Source of the DNA: Camelus dromedarius | Lineage: Eukaryota | Assembly (NCBI RefSeq): GCF_036321535.1 | Contig: NC_087437.1 | Coordinates: forward strand, 120,034,001-120,098,000 | DNA length: 64,000 bases | Reading direction: 5' to 3' | The notes under the pieces: model-generated | The model's input: only the letters and a program-made list of their open reading frames with translations | What the model was told of the DNA's origin: nothing | Database searches by the model: none | Shown here: piece by piece, positions 23,124 to 36,023 of the stretch | How positions within the stretch are numbered: the stretch's first letter is position 1 | Layout: every line of letters begins with the position of its first letter | Made by a program: the position numbers and the translations under genes

Positions 23124-26100
23124 GTGCGGGCACGGTTCCCGGGAAGGGTGTGGGGCGGGCGGCACAGGTGTGGGGACGCAGGTGGAACGTGGCCCCAGCT
23201 GTTCCCTCCACGTGAGAGAGATCCTTTGTCTCAGACTCGCTTTCCCGCGGCATCTCCAGCTCATCTGAACGTCAGTGTTCTGTTCCCTTTTCACTCTTCA
23301 TCTCCCCATTGTTGCAAAGTTCAGGGGACTCTGAGGAAGAAGTCCTGTGTTGTCCCTCCCCGCGGGCGACTGATGTTGTCCAGTCCAACGCTGGGTGTGG
23401 TGTCGCCTCTGCTGCAGGGGACAGGTGGCGGCGTAGACGCACCCTCCAGGCCTGCGGAAGTTCATGGCGGAACCTCCAGGCAGGACTTTCAGGCCACAGG
23501 GGCAGGGCTGGGTGACAGAGCTGGAGGTGCCGGGATGTGCTGGCCAGACCTTGGCCATCCAGCCGTCTCTGAGCCTTTACATTCTGCAGATACACGCATG
23601 CTTTTCTTTCTTTCACACTTAGGTTTAAAGCAGAAGCAGTATTTTGTTACTAGTTCTTACTTAAGAACACGGACTCACTCTTTGTGTTCGTTCTCTGTGC
23701 TTGGGCTGCATGGGTACATTCTACATCCTCATTCACAACTTGGAGGCCCGGCCTCAGGGAGGTCAGGGTTTTCCTAAACCAGGTCGCAGGTACGGGAGGG
23801 CCTGGGGCGGCGTGGGCAGAGGCCATCCCGGCACACACCGGCCCAGGATGTGAGGTGACTTCTGAGGCCCAGACGGGTCTCACCCCCGACCAACCCCCTC
23901 GCCCTGAAGTTGCCCATTTACAGTAGCTGTGGACGTAACGCTGGTTTGCGGATCGTTTCCTCATACTGCAGTGAACTGTCTTCAGGAGAAAACATTCTGA
24001 AGTCAAACGCCTTACTGGTGTGGTAGAGGGTCATTCGTTCTGTTGTTTAAGAGAGAATCGAACTGGACTCGCCTGCAGGCGGAGGTTCCTAGCCGACGTG
24101 GCCCACGTGCGGGTTCAGGCGATTTCAGCTGAGCCCCTTCCCGCGGGGAGCCTGTGTGGGCGCCCGGCTCCCTCGGGCGAGCAGACCTCTTCTGCCCTGG
24201 CCCTCCGCAGCCCTGGCAGCACCCCCCCGCCCTTGTCCCCTCTCCTCACACCCACCTTGTCTGTCCGTCCTGGAGCCGCAGGGCTGGGAGCCCGAGGGAC
24301 AGGCCCCTCGGGGTTTCTCACAGGAAGAAGAGGAAACAGCCTCTTCGAGTAAAACCTGTACATTTATACGTACGATTCTGTCGCAGCTCTTTGGGCCGCT
24401 CTGGGCTTTTTCCCCTTCTCACCGGGCCAAAGTCTGGGTTTTTGCTGTGCTTCAGATCACTCGGGGTTTGTGTTAGAAACTGTCAGGATTGCTCTGCTCA
24501 GAGAACAGGCGGCGCCCTGGGAGCGTCCGCTGTGCTGCCGCCCGGCCTGCCCCGCAGGCGGCTCCCCCGGCGCCGGGCGGGGTCGGGGCGCCCCGGGGTG
24601 ATTTTAGCACAGTGTCCCCGCGCTTCCCCGGAGAATGCCCTGCCGTGGGGCTCTTCCTGGCCTGGGGCCGGTCAGGCATTGCAGTTGGACGCTCTTCCTG
24701 GGCCACCTTGACTGAAAAGCCCTTAATTACGCTGGCAGTACCTCCCGCCTAAAAGCACTTCCCTCCAGGCACTAAGGGGCGCCGGGGAGGGAGATGTCAC
24801 CGGTCTCGTCCCTCTGCCCTCTCCCCGGGTGGTCTTATTGGCACAACTATTATTCATATATTTTAGGGTTTTGCCTCCTTTTTACCCCTCACAGTTACTT
24901 TGAATTCTCTCCTTAATAATCAAGTCACTCCGTGTCCAGGGTGCTGAGAGGCCAGCGGCTCCCGGCCCTCCCTCGCCGCCCCGTCTGCTCCCCTCAGGCA
25001 CCCGCTCTCAGACCTTTTAGCCTTTTCTTTTGCTGTTTTCCTCCATGATTTTAAATAAAACCCCCCTCTTGTCTCACCCTGTAAAACCTATAGTTTGGGC
25101 TTTTTGTTGTGCTCTGGGTGCCCTGTCCCCACCCCAGCTGGTGCCCGTTCACTTAGGCACCGCGAGGCTGATCGTTTCCACTGTGAATGTCCTCGTGAAC
25201 ATGTAAGTGCTGGTTTCTGCTGAGCTGAGGGAGTAACCACCATCACAGTGCTTTTCTGGTTCAAACATTCGTTTCTTCCCGAGTTAGTAGCTGTTTATTT
25301 TTCCCCTTCTCTCCATGGCATCGGTGGCTGAATCCTCACGGATTCCTCAGCACCCTCTCGGTGGTCCCTGCCATGTGGCTCCTCAGGGCGTGTATCCTCC
25401 TGTCTCCACCTCGGCCAGGCACTACACACGTTACGCACGTTCCCGAACCTTCCCTCCACATCAGCCTGAGGAGTCCCTTCTCTGCGAGCCCACGCCTTCT
25501 CCTTTTCTACTTTCTTGGCTTTACTCCGCCTGTGAAAACTTCCCATGATCAGTGCGTGGGGAGTGCACTGCATTGGGACGCAGCAAACCTTGAAGTGACT
25601 TCGCTGGGGTCCCGTCCTTGACCTGCTGGCTGTCTCTGTGTGGGGGCCGGTCGGGAGGGCACTGCGGGCACCACGTGTCCCTGTTTTTCTTTGAGAAGGT
25701 CGGCGTGGGCTCCGTTGTCCAGTTTTCTGTGTTTTCTCCTCTCCCGCATGCTTCCCTCTCTTCTGAGTTTCAGGCGCAGGTCTTTCTCATTGGCCATGCT
25801 GAGCACGGCCTCGTGCCTCATGCCCTTGAGTCTGGGAGTCTCCTGAGCTCCCTGCGACAGCCCTGCCCCCCTCCCCAGCCTGCATCGCCTCCCTTCCCAG
25901 GGCCCTATGAACGGGCGCTGGGCCTTCTAAACCGAGTCTTGGTTTTTGTGTATTTTTGTACTTATTTTCCCATTGTCTACTTTCTGAGAAATTTCCTTTT
26001 ATCTTCCAACCCATCTATTATGTTTTAAATTTTAAGCGTAGTTTCAATTTCTAAGACTCTTCTTTGTCCTCTGTGCCTTTTTTTTTTTTTTGGAAGTAGC

Positions 26101-28118
26101 ACCCTGTTTTGGGTTCATGGACAACTGCCGTTTTCTGTGGCTTCTGCACTCCACTGTTCCCTCTGCATCACACTGTTCACTCACTCCAGTGTTTGCTTTT
26201 TGTGATGGAGGCTTTCAAGTTGGGGACAGCCGGCTGTCCTTCCAAATGTAAGCACGAGCTACTGGAAAGCTGCTTGGTGCTTGTCGGGCGCTGGGCTGTG
26301 GCCAGTCGGCTCTTCTGCTGACTGACCGTCAAGTTCAGCCAGCCCTCGGCCTTTTCTTACTTCACTTTCTCCCGAGAAGGACTGATTTCTTGCTTGGGGC
26401 AGGAGCAGGGTTGCAGGGGCAGAAGTGGGTGGTCTCCCGCTGTTTGCAGATTTTCCCCACTCCTCTTCCTAGCCTTGCCCCCTCCCACTCTCCAGCTGGG
26501 CTCAGTCTGCAGCCCCTGGTCTGTTTCTCTGGGGAAGAAACCCCGAGTGTCTGCAGGGCAGGGGGCGTCTAGACCGGTCATCTGCAGAGAATGATGGGGG
26601 TGCACTGGGGGTCCCACGTCTTCTTGAATGGATTTTCACCCCATTTCCTAGGTTTTTAAATCCCCTACCACCACATGCAGGCCCAGGCTTTGCGAGAGAT
26701 CCTTGGGGGCAGGTGGCCCATCCCCTCCCAGGCCCTCTGGGCAGCATCTGTGAAGCCGAGTCCTGCAGCTGGCTGGCAGGTCCACATTCACGAGCCCACG
26801 TGGGCTTTAACCCTGCACAGAAAAAGCAGCACTGAAACTGGTGCACGTGGCAGATTCTACAAGGAAGGTCATGTGTTAAGTTGAGGCAGATACAGCAGAC
26901 AAGCTCCATTTTGGCCCTAGTGCTTTGGAACTAGTTTAAAAGTTCATTTTCCATTCCTTTTCCTGTGCACACGAATGTGAGTATACAGGCAGCGCTTACT
27001 ACCGTTTGCTTTCAGTCCTTTATCAAACAAACACATAGATTCCAAAAATGTTATGCCCCTGTCTTGAGTTTTTAGAAATTTTGGATACAGTTAGTGGTCT
27101 TAATGTCTCTTTTAAGTCATGAATTCTGTCTGTTTAGTGTTGGTGTTCAGGCTTTTAATGAATTATTCAAAATGATGGAAACTCAGAGGAAGTACAAATA
27201 ATAATAGTGAAAACCTCTCCAAAATAAACCGCCACATCCTGTAAACTGTTTATGACTATTATATGGACACTGACCTACGGAAGTCGATGCTGGTGTGTTT
27301 ATAAAGTTAGGTTCCTGTGTAAGCTCTCAGTTAAAGCACGAATGACAGTGGAGAGGCCCCCACTGCCTCTGTGCCGAGGCCCGAGCGAGGGGCCCTGCTT
27401 GTCCTCTGCTCTGCGCAGTGACCGCCAGGGGCACCGACTCTGCAGCGTGTTGGGAGCGAGACGCTGGGCTGGGCAGGCCTGGCGGGCATCAGCTCTCTTC
27501 TCCCATTTGTGGTCAGGACACTCTTCTAGGAGAGGTCATGCACATGTCCTTCCCTCCTGAAATGGAATGAGCAGAACGCGTCTGGTGTGCTCCCCAGGGT
27601 GAGGGGAGCTGCTGGGCCGTCCAGGGGGAGCTGCTGGCTTGGCCCCTCTGCACTGGGACCCTTCTATCTGCCCTTTGTGTGTTTCTGGTTCTTTCCCATC
27701 TATCCCACTACGTGGCTCCTCTAGCCAGTGCGCTTTCTGCATCCCTGTCCACCCTCCTTGGCTGCTGGAAATCTCTTTTGGGCCAGGAAGCGGGCTGGTA
27801 TCACGTCTGCTGGTGGAGGAGGGACAATGAGAACAGGTGTGAATGAGGGCACCTGGGACCCCCGTCTCCTGGGGTGACCCAGAGGCCTCCTCAGTGTCTG
27901 TCCTGGCGGTCTCACCACACGAGGTGTCAGTAGTTATAATCAGAGGGAACTATGTCCTCAAAACACTCACCTGTCCAGGTATCCAGTGTACAAGCCATGA
28001 CGGGGACTAAATCATTCATCCGTGCGACCCCAGCTGACTCTCCACCTGCAGTCATAAGCTACTTGGGAATGTCCTAATTTTCTGTGCTTTCTAACGTTAT
28101 TTTCCAATTGTTTAAAAG

Positions 28119-28247
28119 CTTCAGTTACAGTTAAACCAAGATCTAAGCATCTTGCATCAAGATGATGGCTCATCTAAGAACAAAAGGGGAGTCCTGCCGA
28201 AGCACGCCACAAACGTGATGCGGTCTTGGCTGTTCCAGCACATCGGG
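28119..28247 (+). CDS. PKNOX1: PKNOX1 exon 8: LQLQLNQDLSILHQDDGSSKNKRGVLPKHATNVMRSWLFQHIG (homeodomain start)
   Basis: Acceptor tttaaaag, donor GGG|gtaaga, 129 nt, TALE homeodomain helix 1. Confidence 0.96.
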
Positions 28248-29790
28248 GTAAGAACAAAGTGATTTCACAGCCCTATTTTAAGAACCGATATTTTGGTGAC
28301 TGTCCGTAATGGCTTGAGCACAAGACAGGAAGGAGGGTCACCAAATAAGTGGAGGACACTGCTTTCAGAGAATGAGAATAAACGAGCGTCCCACTGTGCA
28401 GGGCATAAATTCAGCTTCTGTTGGTGTGTTTGTGCATGTGGAGAAACCGCCCTTGGAGGTGCCTGGGTGAGGTGAGGTTAGCTAGAGAAATGCGCAGAGA
28501 AAAGGTGCTTTGGGGTAAAACCTCGGGAAATAGCAACATTTTGTGTATTGGGTTTGAAAGCGATAGGAGGGGAGGGGTCAGCAGATGGGTGGATTGAACT
28601 TGAAGGGGCTTTGGCCGCAGCTCCACTCCTCTTCCGCCTCATCTGTGCCTCCTCCCCGCATCTGGGAATCCTGTCTGGGGGGGCGCACAGCTGCCCATTG
28701 GCCTCGCGGGACGACTGGCTCATTACCCTGTGTGGCCCCTTGGTCCTCACACCACTGACCTCAGGAGGAGGCGTGACCCTGAGGAGCTTTCGGGAGTGAT
28801 ACCCTGTCTGGCTGCTGGGGTCAGAAGGGCCAGCCTGGCTCTCAGGGAGCACAAGGTGGGGCGTGGGGGGCATGCAGAGGCGATCCTGTGGTCCAGGGGC
28901 CAGGTCAGGAGGGCCAGCAGGAAGCCGCTCTCCTTCCAACATCCGCGCTTCTATCCGCGGGGCTGTCCCTGAGAGCTGAGTCTGTTGGCCCCTATTTGCC
29001 CGTTGACGTCACTGCCATTGCCACCCGCTGTGACTGCATCCTCCCTGCCTGGGGCGTTGTTGTGCCTTGGACACCTCGCTCTCCACTCTCCACAGGCACC
29101 TGTCGCCTAGCCCGAGGCCCCTGTTTGTTCCTGGTTCCTGTTTCTGTCCCTGCCAGCAGGAGGATTCCTGTTAGGCTTCCCTGGTGTGAGGATGATTCCT
29201 GAGGCGGCCAGGCTGACGGTCCAGTTAGACGCTGCTCCTCCCGGAGGCTTTCTGGGTCTTCCTGCCTGTGTGCATTAGAGCCCCCCCCCCGCCCCCCCGT
29301 CCTTCCCTCGCCCTCCAGGCAGCAGCTGCTGCTTGTCGTCCTGTCTTGTTTTGTTCCTAGTCTGTGTGCTCGTTCCTGCCTCCTTTTTATTTTATGAGCT
29401 TTTTAAAGGGCAGAACAGTCTATATTTGCATGAGCTCTGACTTGGGGCCATGTGCTCATCTATAGAATCAAAGTGAATCACTGTCACTTGGTTTGAGGAG
29501 TCAGGCTGCTGCAGAGATCGGCCTGATGCTGCTCCATTATCACCGGGACGCGCGGTGGCTCTTCCAACGTGCCGAGTGTCACTGAGGAGCCAGAACAGAC
29601 CCCAGCCTCACCTGTTGTTGCCTTCCCTCTCGGGGTCCTGGTCGGTGCAGAATAAGGGACTTTGGTGCGGGTAGGTCTTAGAGTAAATGTCTTACTAGTT
29701 TCTACATGTGAACGGTCATCAACCTTGAAGAAAGTGTTCATTACTATAGGTAGAAATTATTTTCCTTTGGTACTTCTGTGAATTTTGATC

Positions 29791-30442
29791 CAGGCAGACC
29801 TCACTTTATTGCATGTCTCAGATACTGTTTTTTTTTTTTTTTTTTAACAAATTGAAGGTTTGTGGCAACCCCACATCAAGCAGATCTGTTAGTGCCGTTA
29901 TTTCCAACAGCGTTTGCTGATTTCATTTCTCTGTGTCACATTTTGGTAATTCTCGCAATGTTTCAAACTTCCGTCATTATTGTATTTGTTAGGATTATCT
30001 GTCATCAGTGATCTTTTAAATTTTTTAAAAAATTTTGCGGTTGGGATAGGTAATTAGGTTCATTTATTTATTTTAGAGGAGGTGCTGGGGATTGATTGAA
30101 CTCAGGACCTCCTGCATGCTAAGCACACGCTCCACCACTGAGCTGTACTCTCCCCACCCCCATCAGTGCTCTTCAGTGTGCCTATTGCAAAAAGATTACG
30201 GCTTGCTAAAGGCTCAGATGATGGCTAGCATTTTTTAGCAATCAGGTATTTCTTAATTAAGTCATGAATGTTGTTTTTTTAGATATAGTACCGTCGTGCA
30301 CTTAACAGACCGCAGTATCGTGCAGGCCGAACTTTCATGTAACTTTTTTTGGAAACAAATAGATCCGTGATTCGCTGTATTGCAGTACTTGCTTCATTGA
30401 GGTGGTCTGGAACTGAACCCACAGTATCCCCCAGTATGCCTG
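29791..30442 (+). mobile_element. Internally deleted Tigger1-like (TcMar) DNA transposon
   Basis: Left end caggcagacctc..ttattgc and ttttacaaattgaaggtttgtggcaacc; right end ggtggtctggaactgaacccacagtatc..gtatgcctg followed by TA. Confidence 0.85.
30016..30160 (-). mobile_element. tRNA-derived SINE (vic-1-like) inserted into the Tigger1
   Basis: Reverse complement of the 7306 SINE; target-site duplication catcagtgatctt (30003-30015) / catcagtgctctt (30161-30173). Confidence 0.87.
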
Positions 30443-31277
30443 TATTTACTTCTGATTTAGTTCTGGTGTTTTTCAAGTGAAATACTTCAGTCAAACCTGA
30501 AATAAAGAGGAACATAACAGACACTCCTACCCCGTCTTTGGCGCAGCTCTTCCCCCACAGCACGGGTCAGCTTGGCAGAGGTTGGTTCTAGGGACCTAGA
30601 TGACATCACTGCTCCGGTGCTGGCCAATTCTCACACGACCTGTGATGGCACATGTCACCTGAATGTGACGGGCCTGGAGGTCTGCTTCCTGCCTCCTCCT
30701 CCCATTTAGCGGCCCAGGTTGGAGGGCGTGCACACCCTGCTCAGTTTGCTTGTGGGAGAAGACGACACTGTCTCCAAAGGTGACTGTGAGGAATCGGTGA
30801 CTTGCTGTGGCACGGGCAGGTGACGGATGCACCATGTCTTGCTGCAGGTCCAAACGAAGCCATCCATCTGCTTCAAATGGATGCATTTTATGGTTCTTAG
30901 ATGACACCTGTGAGGTTGACACAAAACCCGCAGACCTTATCAGGTGTCAGGACAGCACCTGGCGGGGCTGCAGCAGCCCCCCTGCTCCCCGAGGCGCCGT
31001 CCTCCTGGTCCCTGAGCCTTCAGACTCCCGTCTGCCCACTCCTCCACCCGACTCTCACCAGCTGCTGCAGCTCCATGCACCCTTGGGTGGCTGGGAGAAA
31101 GGCTTCATCCTGTTTTAGGCATTTATGGAAAAGATTACGAGTCTAAAGTTAGGTTTTAGCTGAAAGCACCGTCGACACCACTTTTACTAATGATTATTTG
31201 TGTGCTGTTTTCCCTGGATGCTCTCAAGTTCCTTTTTAAAAGCTGAAGTACACGGTGACCCTTCTTTTTATTTTCAG

Positions 31278-31354
31278 CATCCCTACCCGACAGAAGATGA
31301 GAAAAAACAGATTGCTGCTCAGACAAATTTGACACTACTCCAAGTTAACAACTG
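31278..31354 (+). CDS. PKNOX1: PKNOX1 exon 9: [25 protein letters not shown](W)
   Basis: Acceptor attttcag, donor TG|gtaaga, 77 nt, TALE PYP loop. Confidence 0.97.
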
Positions 31355-33289
31355 GTAAGATGCACCCTCTTTCTGAAACTGTGCCGTCAACAGAACACCT
31401 GGAAATGCTGGCACTAATCAGTAGTGGAGTTTGCTTGAAAATATCCTAACTAGCGTTCCTCTGTTGTCAAAGTGCCAGGATCGGTGGCCGGATACTTAAG
31501 CACAAACCAGCACACACTTTCACCTTCAGTTTTCAGCAGCCAGCACCCCCTGTGGACTTTTTGCCTGCACCCTTTGGCTCCATCAGAAATGTGTTTCTCC
31601 AGTGCGTGACTGGCCTTACTCCTGCAGTCACTCAAAGACACGATGTTTCCTCTGGGCAGTGGACGGCCGAGGTGCCGTCTCCTGACCTCTGGTGGCCCCT
31701 CTGCACCTGGCCCCCCTTTAGAACCCTCGTGTCACCTGTTCAGCAGTGGCTGGGGGAGAGAGTCCCTCAGCTGACCGGCCGTGTGGTGGTCCTGTCCCAC
31801 GGCACGACTTGGGGCCCCGTTCTGGTTCTGGTGTCACATGTCACTGTGGACGGCTGGACCTGACCACGTGTCTTCCCTTAAGTAAGAGGTGTTCACATGG
31901 TGCTAAGGTCTGGGGTGCACCTACATTTCGCTTGTTCGTCATCTGTCTCATTTTTTATTAACTTATTCAGACGTAGGAAACGATTTCAGCATAAAATTGA
32001 CATGCATGAAAGAGAAGAAACCACAAATTCTACCACTTGTGCACTTTGTTATCTTGTCATTTTAACTGTTAAATTTAACCTTGCAGGTCAAGTAGGTTCC
32101 CATATAAATAAAAAAAAATCTTCCAATAGGCAGTTACATATGCGGAAGGCAGGCTTTGGTGTTGGGTGAAATATTTCTATTATCTTGCCTTTGGACCATT
32201 TTTTTATTTTGGTAGCAATAACAGACCATACTATTTGAATTATTTCCTGTTGGATCTTTTAAATAGAGTGTTAACAAGAATTCAGAGATTTCAAGCACTT
32301 TGTAACCATGAGTTTTGTAATGTCACATCATGGTTCTGTTCTTTTCATGTAGTCTCAGATAGAAACTGTTTTGATTCAGTCGTAATAGTGACTGATAGGC
32401 TGGGGTGAGAGACACAGGGTTCCCTCTTTGGAGACTCTGCTTTGTCCCTGTCCAGCCTTCTGACCTCCTTCATCTGTGGGCGTCGGTGCTGTCCCTAACT
32501 TGCTCGCCTGCTGTTAACAGAATTATATTATCTAGAAGGTTTGACTTCAACTTTTAATTTTAAAATTAACGACAGTTTCATACACAACTTTTATAAATTC
32601 TAAAATTTCTGTAGTCTTTTAGTAGCTGCATTTACCTTTTGTGAGTTGTTTACAAAAACTACATCTTGGAGTCAGACTGGCCACACCCACCGTCCGCTTG
32701 CGCCGCTGCCTGCAGCCGCGCTCACAGAGGGTGAGGGGCAGGCGGAAGGCAGCGGTGGCTCCGCGGCACCCGGGTGCCGGGGCGGGGGCGCTGGCGTGGC
32801 TCTCCCAGCCCTGCGCAGGCTGCGCTGCGGGGAACGGAGACGGACTGTAAGTGAAGCTCTGCGGCACCAGCCTGTTCGTTCGTACTATGAGAACATGTCC
32901 TAGTGCAGCCCTAGATGGTTTTGAATCCTAGGACTTCACAGTTAAGCAGCCTCGGAGCTGGACATGTGTCCACACTCAGTGCCCGGCTGGGTGTGGCTCT
33001 CGGGTAGAGACGCAGCCCGCAGGGCCTCGGGCGTCATGAGGCTGCAGGCTCTGTGGTTTTGCAGTAGTTTAACTTTTCTCTTCCTTCGAGAAAATAATGC
33101 CAAATCCACAACTTTGACAGTATCGTCAGTGTCATTATGAGTATCAAGTCCACGGACGTGGGCTACATCAGTTAAGGTGGAAAAGGGCACGGGGTAGAGC
33201 TGGGCTTTCTTCAGATGAGCTGCCTTGAACCAGCCCTGTTTCTGTGGCCCTTTAGAGAGTGTGCCTGGCATCCCTCTGAGTTGCTTCTT

Positions 33290-33800
33290 GCTCCGGGGCC
33301 TGGGAGCGCCGTGCGTGCCGGGCGCGGGGCGCGGGGTGCGGGCGCGGATGCGGGGCGCGGAGCACGGGGTGCGGGAGCGCGGTGACGCGCTTCCTCTGCC
33401 GCTTTCCCCACGTAGGTTCATCAACGCGCGGAGACGCATTCTGCAGCCCATGCTGGATTCTAGTTGTTCAGAAACTCCGAAAACAAAGAAAAAAACCGCT
33501 CAGAACAGGCCCGTTCAGAGGTTTTGGCCCGACTCCATCGCCTCAGGAGCCGCGCAGCCGGCGACCAGCGAGCTCACCATGTCGGAAGGTAGGACCGGGC
33601 CCGGGCACCGGGGGCCGGGGGAGCAGCGCGGTCTCTCCGCACCCCGGGGGGCCTGTCCCCGCGCCAGCCCGGCCCCGCGCCCCCTCGCCCCGCCGCCGTG
33701 AGCGCGCTGTGTGCACGAGCGCCCGCCCCGGGCGCGGGTTCCCGGCCCGGGCGCGGCCGGGCGCGTCCTCAGGTGCCCCTGAGCCGCGCTAGCGTCGCGT
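33290..33800. promoter_or_regulatory. Intragenic CpG-island-like region flanking PKNOX1 exon 10
   Basis: Very dense CpG and GC-box-like content on both sides of the exon (e.g. gggcgcggggcgcgggg, cccggccccgcgcccc). Confidence 0.65.
33416..33588 (+). CDS. PKNOX1: PKNOX1 exon 10: FINARRRILQPMLDSSCSETPK...SELTMSE(G)
   Basis: Acceptor ccccacgtag, donor AAG|gtagga, 173 nt, helix 3 WFINARRR. Confidence 0.97.
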
Positions 33801-35623
33801 TCTCACCTTCTCATGCTCCTCAGACTTTTTTCGCTCAGCAGTTAAGTGTCAAGTCAGAAAGTTTCGGGGCCATTATTTCTTCAGATGTATTTTCCGGCCC
33901 CTCCTCCGCCAGGCCGTCACGGAAACTCACACAGGCTCTGCTGTTCCAGGTTGTTGGAGTCTTTTTGTGTCTTATTCTGGCGAGCTTGTTTCTGTTTCGG
34001 ACCTTCCGCTTCCTCGGTCTTGTCATCGTGGTGCTTGATCCTGCGCTGGGCACACCTTCCTGTCGGGCCTTGTCTGGAGGTTCCGCGTGGGTCTGTGTAT
34101 CCTTCACGAGTCTGCTTCAGTTCTGAGCAAACAGTGCAGTTGGCAGTGACTGGGTGACGTTCTCTGCTAATTCTAACGTCTGCCAGTGCCGGGCTGGTTT
34201 CTGTGGACTGAGTTCTCCTTGTGGGTGGTTCTCCTGGCTGTTTGTGTGCCTGGTGATCTTTGGACGCCAGACACTGTGGGTTTCACCTTGCTGGGCTGGG
34301 TGTTTTTGTCTTGCTGCAAGTCTTCCTGAGCTCTGTTCTAGCAGTTAAGTTACTTGTCTGATACTCTTGTGCTTTGTTTTCACAACTGGTTCTCATCTGG
34401 TGGTCCCAGCAGTGCTCAGTCCGGCCTGCTTTTCCCCCAGAACAGAGGCACAACCTTGGGGTGTTCCGCTCGGTGCCCGTGCAGGACAGTGTTTCCAGCC
34501 CAGCTCCGCGAGCCCCGGACACTGTGCTCAGTAATCTTTTGGCCCAACTCTTTCCCCAGCCTCTGTGGTTTCCTGTACTCAGGGGCTAATTGGTCCTCTA
34601 CCAAACGCTCGAGTTATCCCAGAGCCACGCGGGCCCTGGGCCTGGGGGCTCCTCACCGGGCAGCGAATCAGCTGACCTTGTGTCCATCTAACCTCAAGTC
34701 ATGCTCTCTGCACTGCAAGCTCTATCTTCATCATTTGGGCTTTGACATGCAGAGATCTTACATTCATATTTGAATGATTTGTATTTTCAGTTTGTGTTTT
34801 CTCTTCTAATCCAAGAATTAGCTGGAGAGGTACTAGTTCTCTCTCCACTCCTCCTTTGCCCCACTCTTGGAAAAGGCAGTGCCTGTCTACTGGGCAAGAC
34901 GTGCAGACAAGAAAGTCCAGTGAACAGTACGTCTTTCCTCCGTCCTGGCTTCTAACCCTCTCCAGGGATGGTCCTTCTTACCAGTCTCCTGTGGACGCTC
35001 CCAGAGCATGTGGGGTGCAGTGGTCTGTGCACAGACAGAGGAATGGATGAATAAATCTCCTTTAAAACTTTCCTAAACATGTATGTTATGTTACCACACA
35101 TACATATGAACATACATACATGTGTGTACACATAAGACATCCTCTTGCTGTGGCCCTTTGTTAGTTCTGTGGAGGTTGTTACGATCAGCACGTGGGACAC
35201 CCCAATCTGGGCTTCCTGGCCTCAGGGTAGTCCTGGGCCAGCATCTTGAATCTATGCCCCACTCGCAGGTACTTGGTGGCTTCCCCTCCACTTTTTTCCC
35301 TTTCAGACGGGCCTTGCTTCCTCTGCCCCCGTCTTCCTGGCTGTGTCTTGTGGCCTCTCCCTGTGTCCTTGGGTCTTTTGTTCTCCACATGGCACTTGGT
35401 TTCCACCTGGGCCTCTGCCCTTCCTGCCCTGAGCCCCTTGGACCCTCTGTGGACCCAGAGCTTAGCTACCCAGGGTCTGGGGCCAATTCCCCGGACAGTC
35501 TCAAGCGTCCTGGCAGCGTGCATGGGGGCTGGCGGGGTCCCACCACATGGCCCGCGCGGTCGGGGGGTGGAATGTGCTCAAGCCAAGCGCCGAGCTGCTG
35601 GTGACGGGCGCCTTGTGCTGCAG

Positions 35624-35835
35624 GAGCCGTTGTGACGATCACCACACCCGTGAGCATGAACGTGGACAGCCTGCAGTCCCTGTCCTCAGACGGGGCCACA
35701 CTGGCGGTGCAGCAGGTGATGATGGCCGAGCAGAGCGAGGACGAGTCGGTGGATAGCACGGGGGACGGCACAGCGGCACTGGCACCTGGCCACATCGGCG
35801 GGCTGGTCCTGGAGAACAGCGACTCCCTGCAGTAG
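35624..35835 (+). CDS. PKNOX1: PKNOX1 last coding exon: AVVTITTPVSMNVDSLQ...LVLENSDSLQ*
   Basis: Acceptor gtgctgcag; TAG at 35833-35835; matches the PKNOX1 C-terminus. Confidence 0.96.
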
Positions 35836-35991
35836 GGCCATGGCCGCCCGTGCAGACGGCCTGACTTTTTATAGTTTGCACAGCAAACATTTTACACAGT
35901 TTTATTGCTAACATGTTTTATATGTAGGTCTAGAAGAGTGCACTTTTGTACTTCATAGTGAGCTCGGCCGGTGCAGCGACTTCTTTCAAGG

Positions 35992-36023
35992 TGTGTGTGT
36001 GCTTGTGTGTGTGTGTGTGTGTG
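35992..36023. repeat. (GT)n microsatellite in the PKNOX1 3' UTR
   Basis: Directly visible. Confidence 0.9.

Noticed and set aside
23073..23777. 234-aa ORF starting in PKNOX1 exon 7
   Set aside because: Exon reading frame running on into intron; similarity stops at the donor site (23123)
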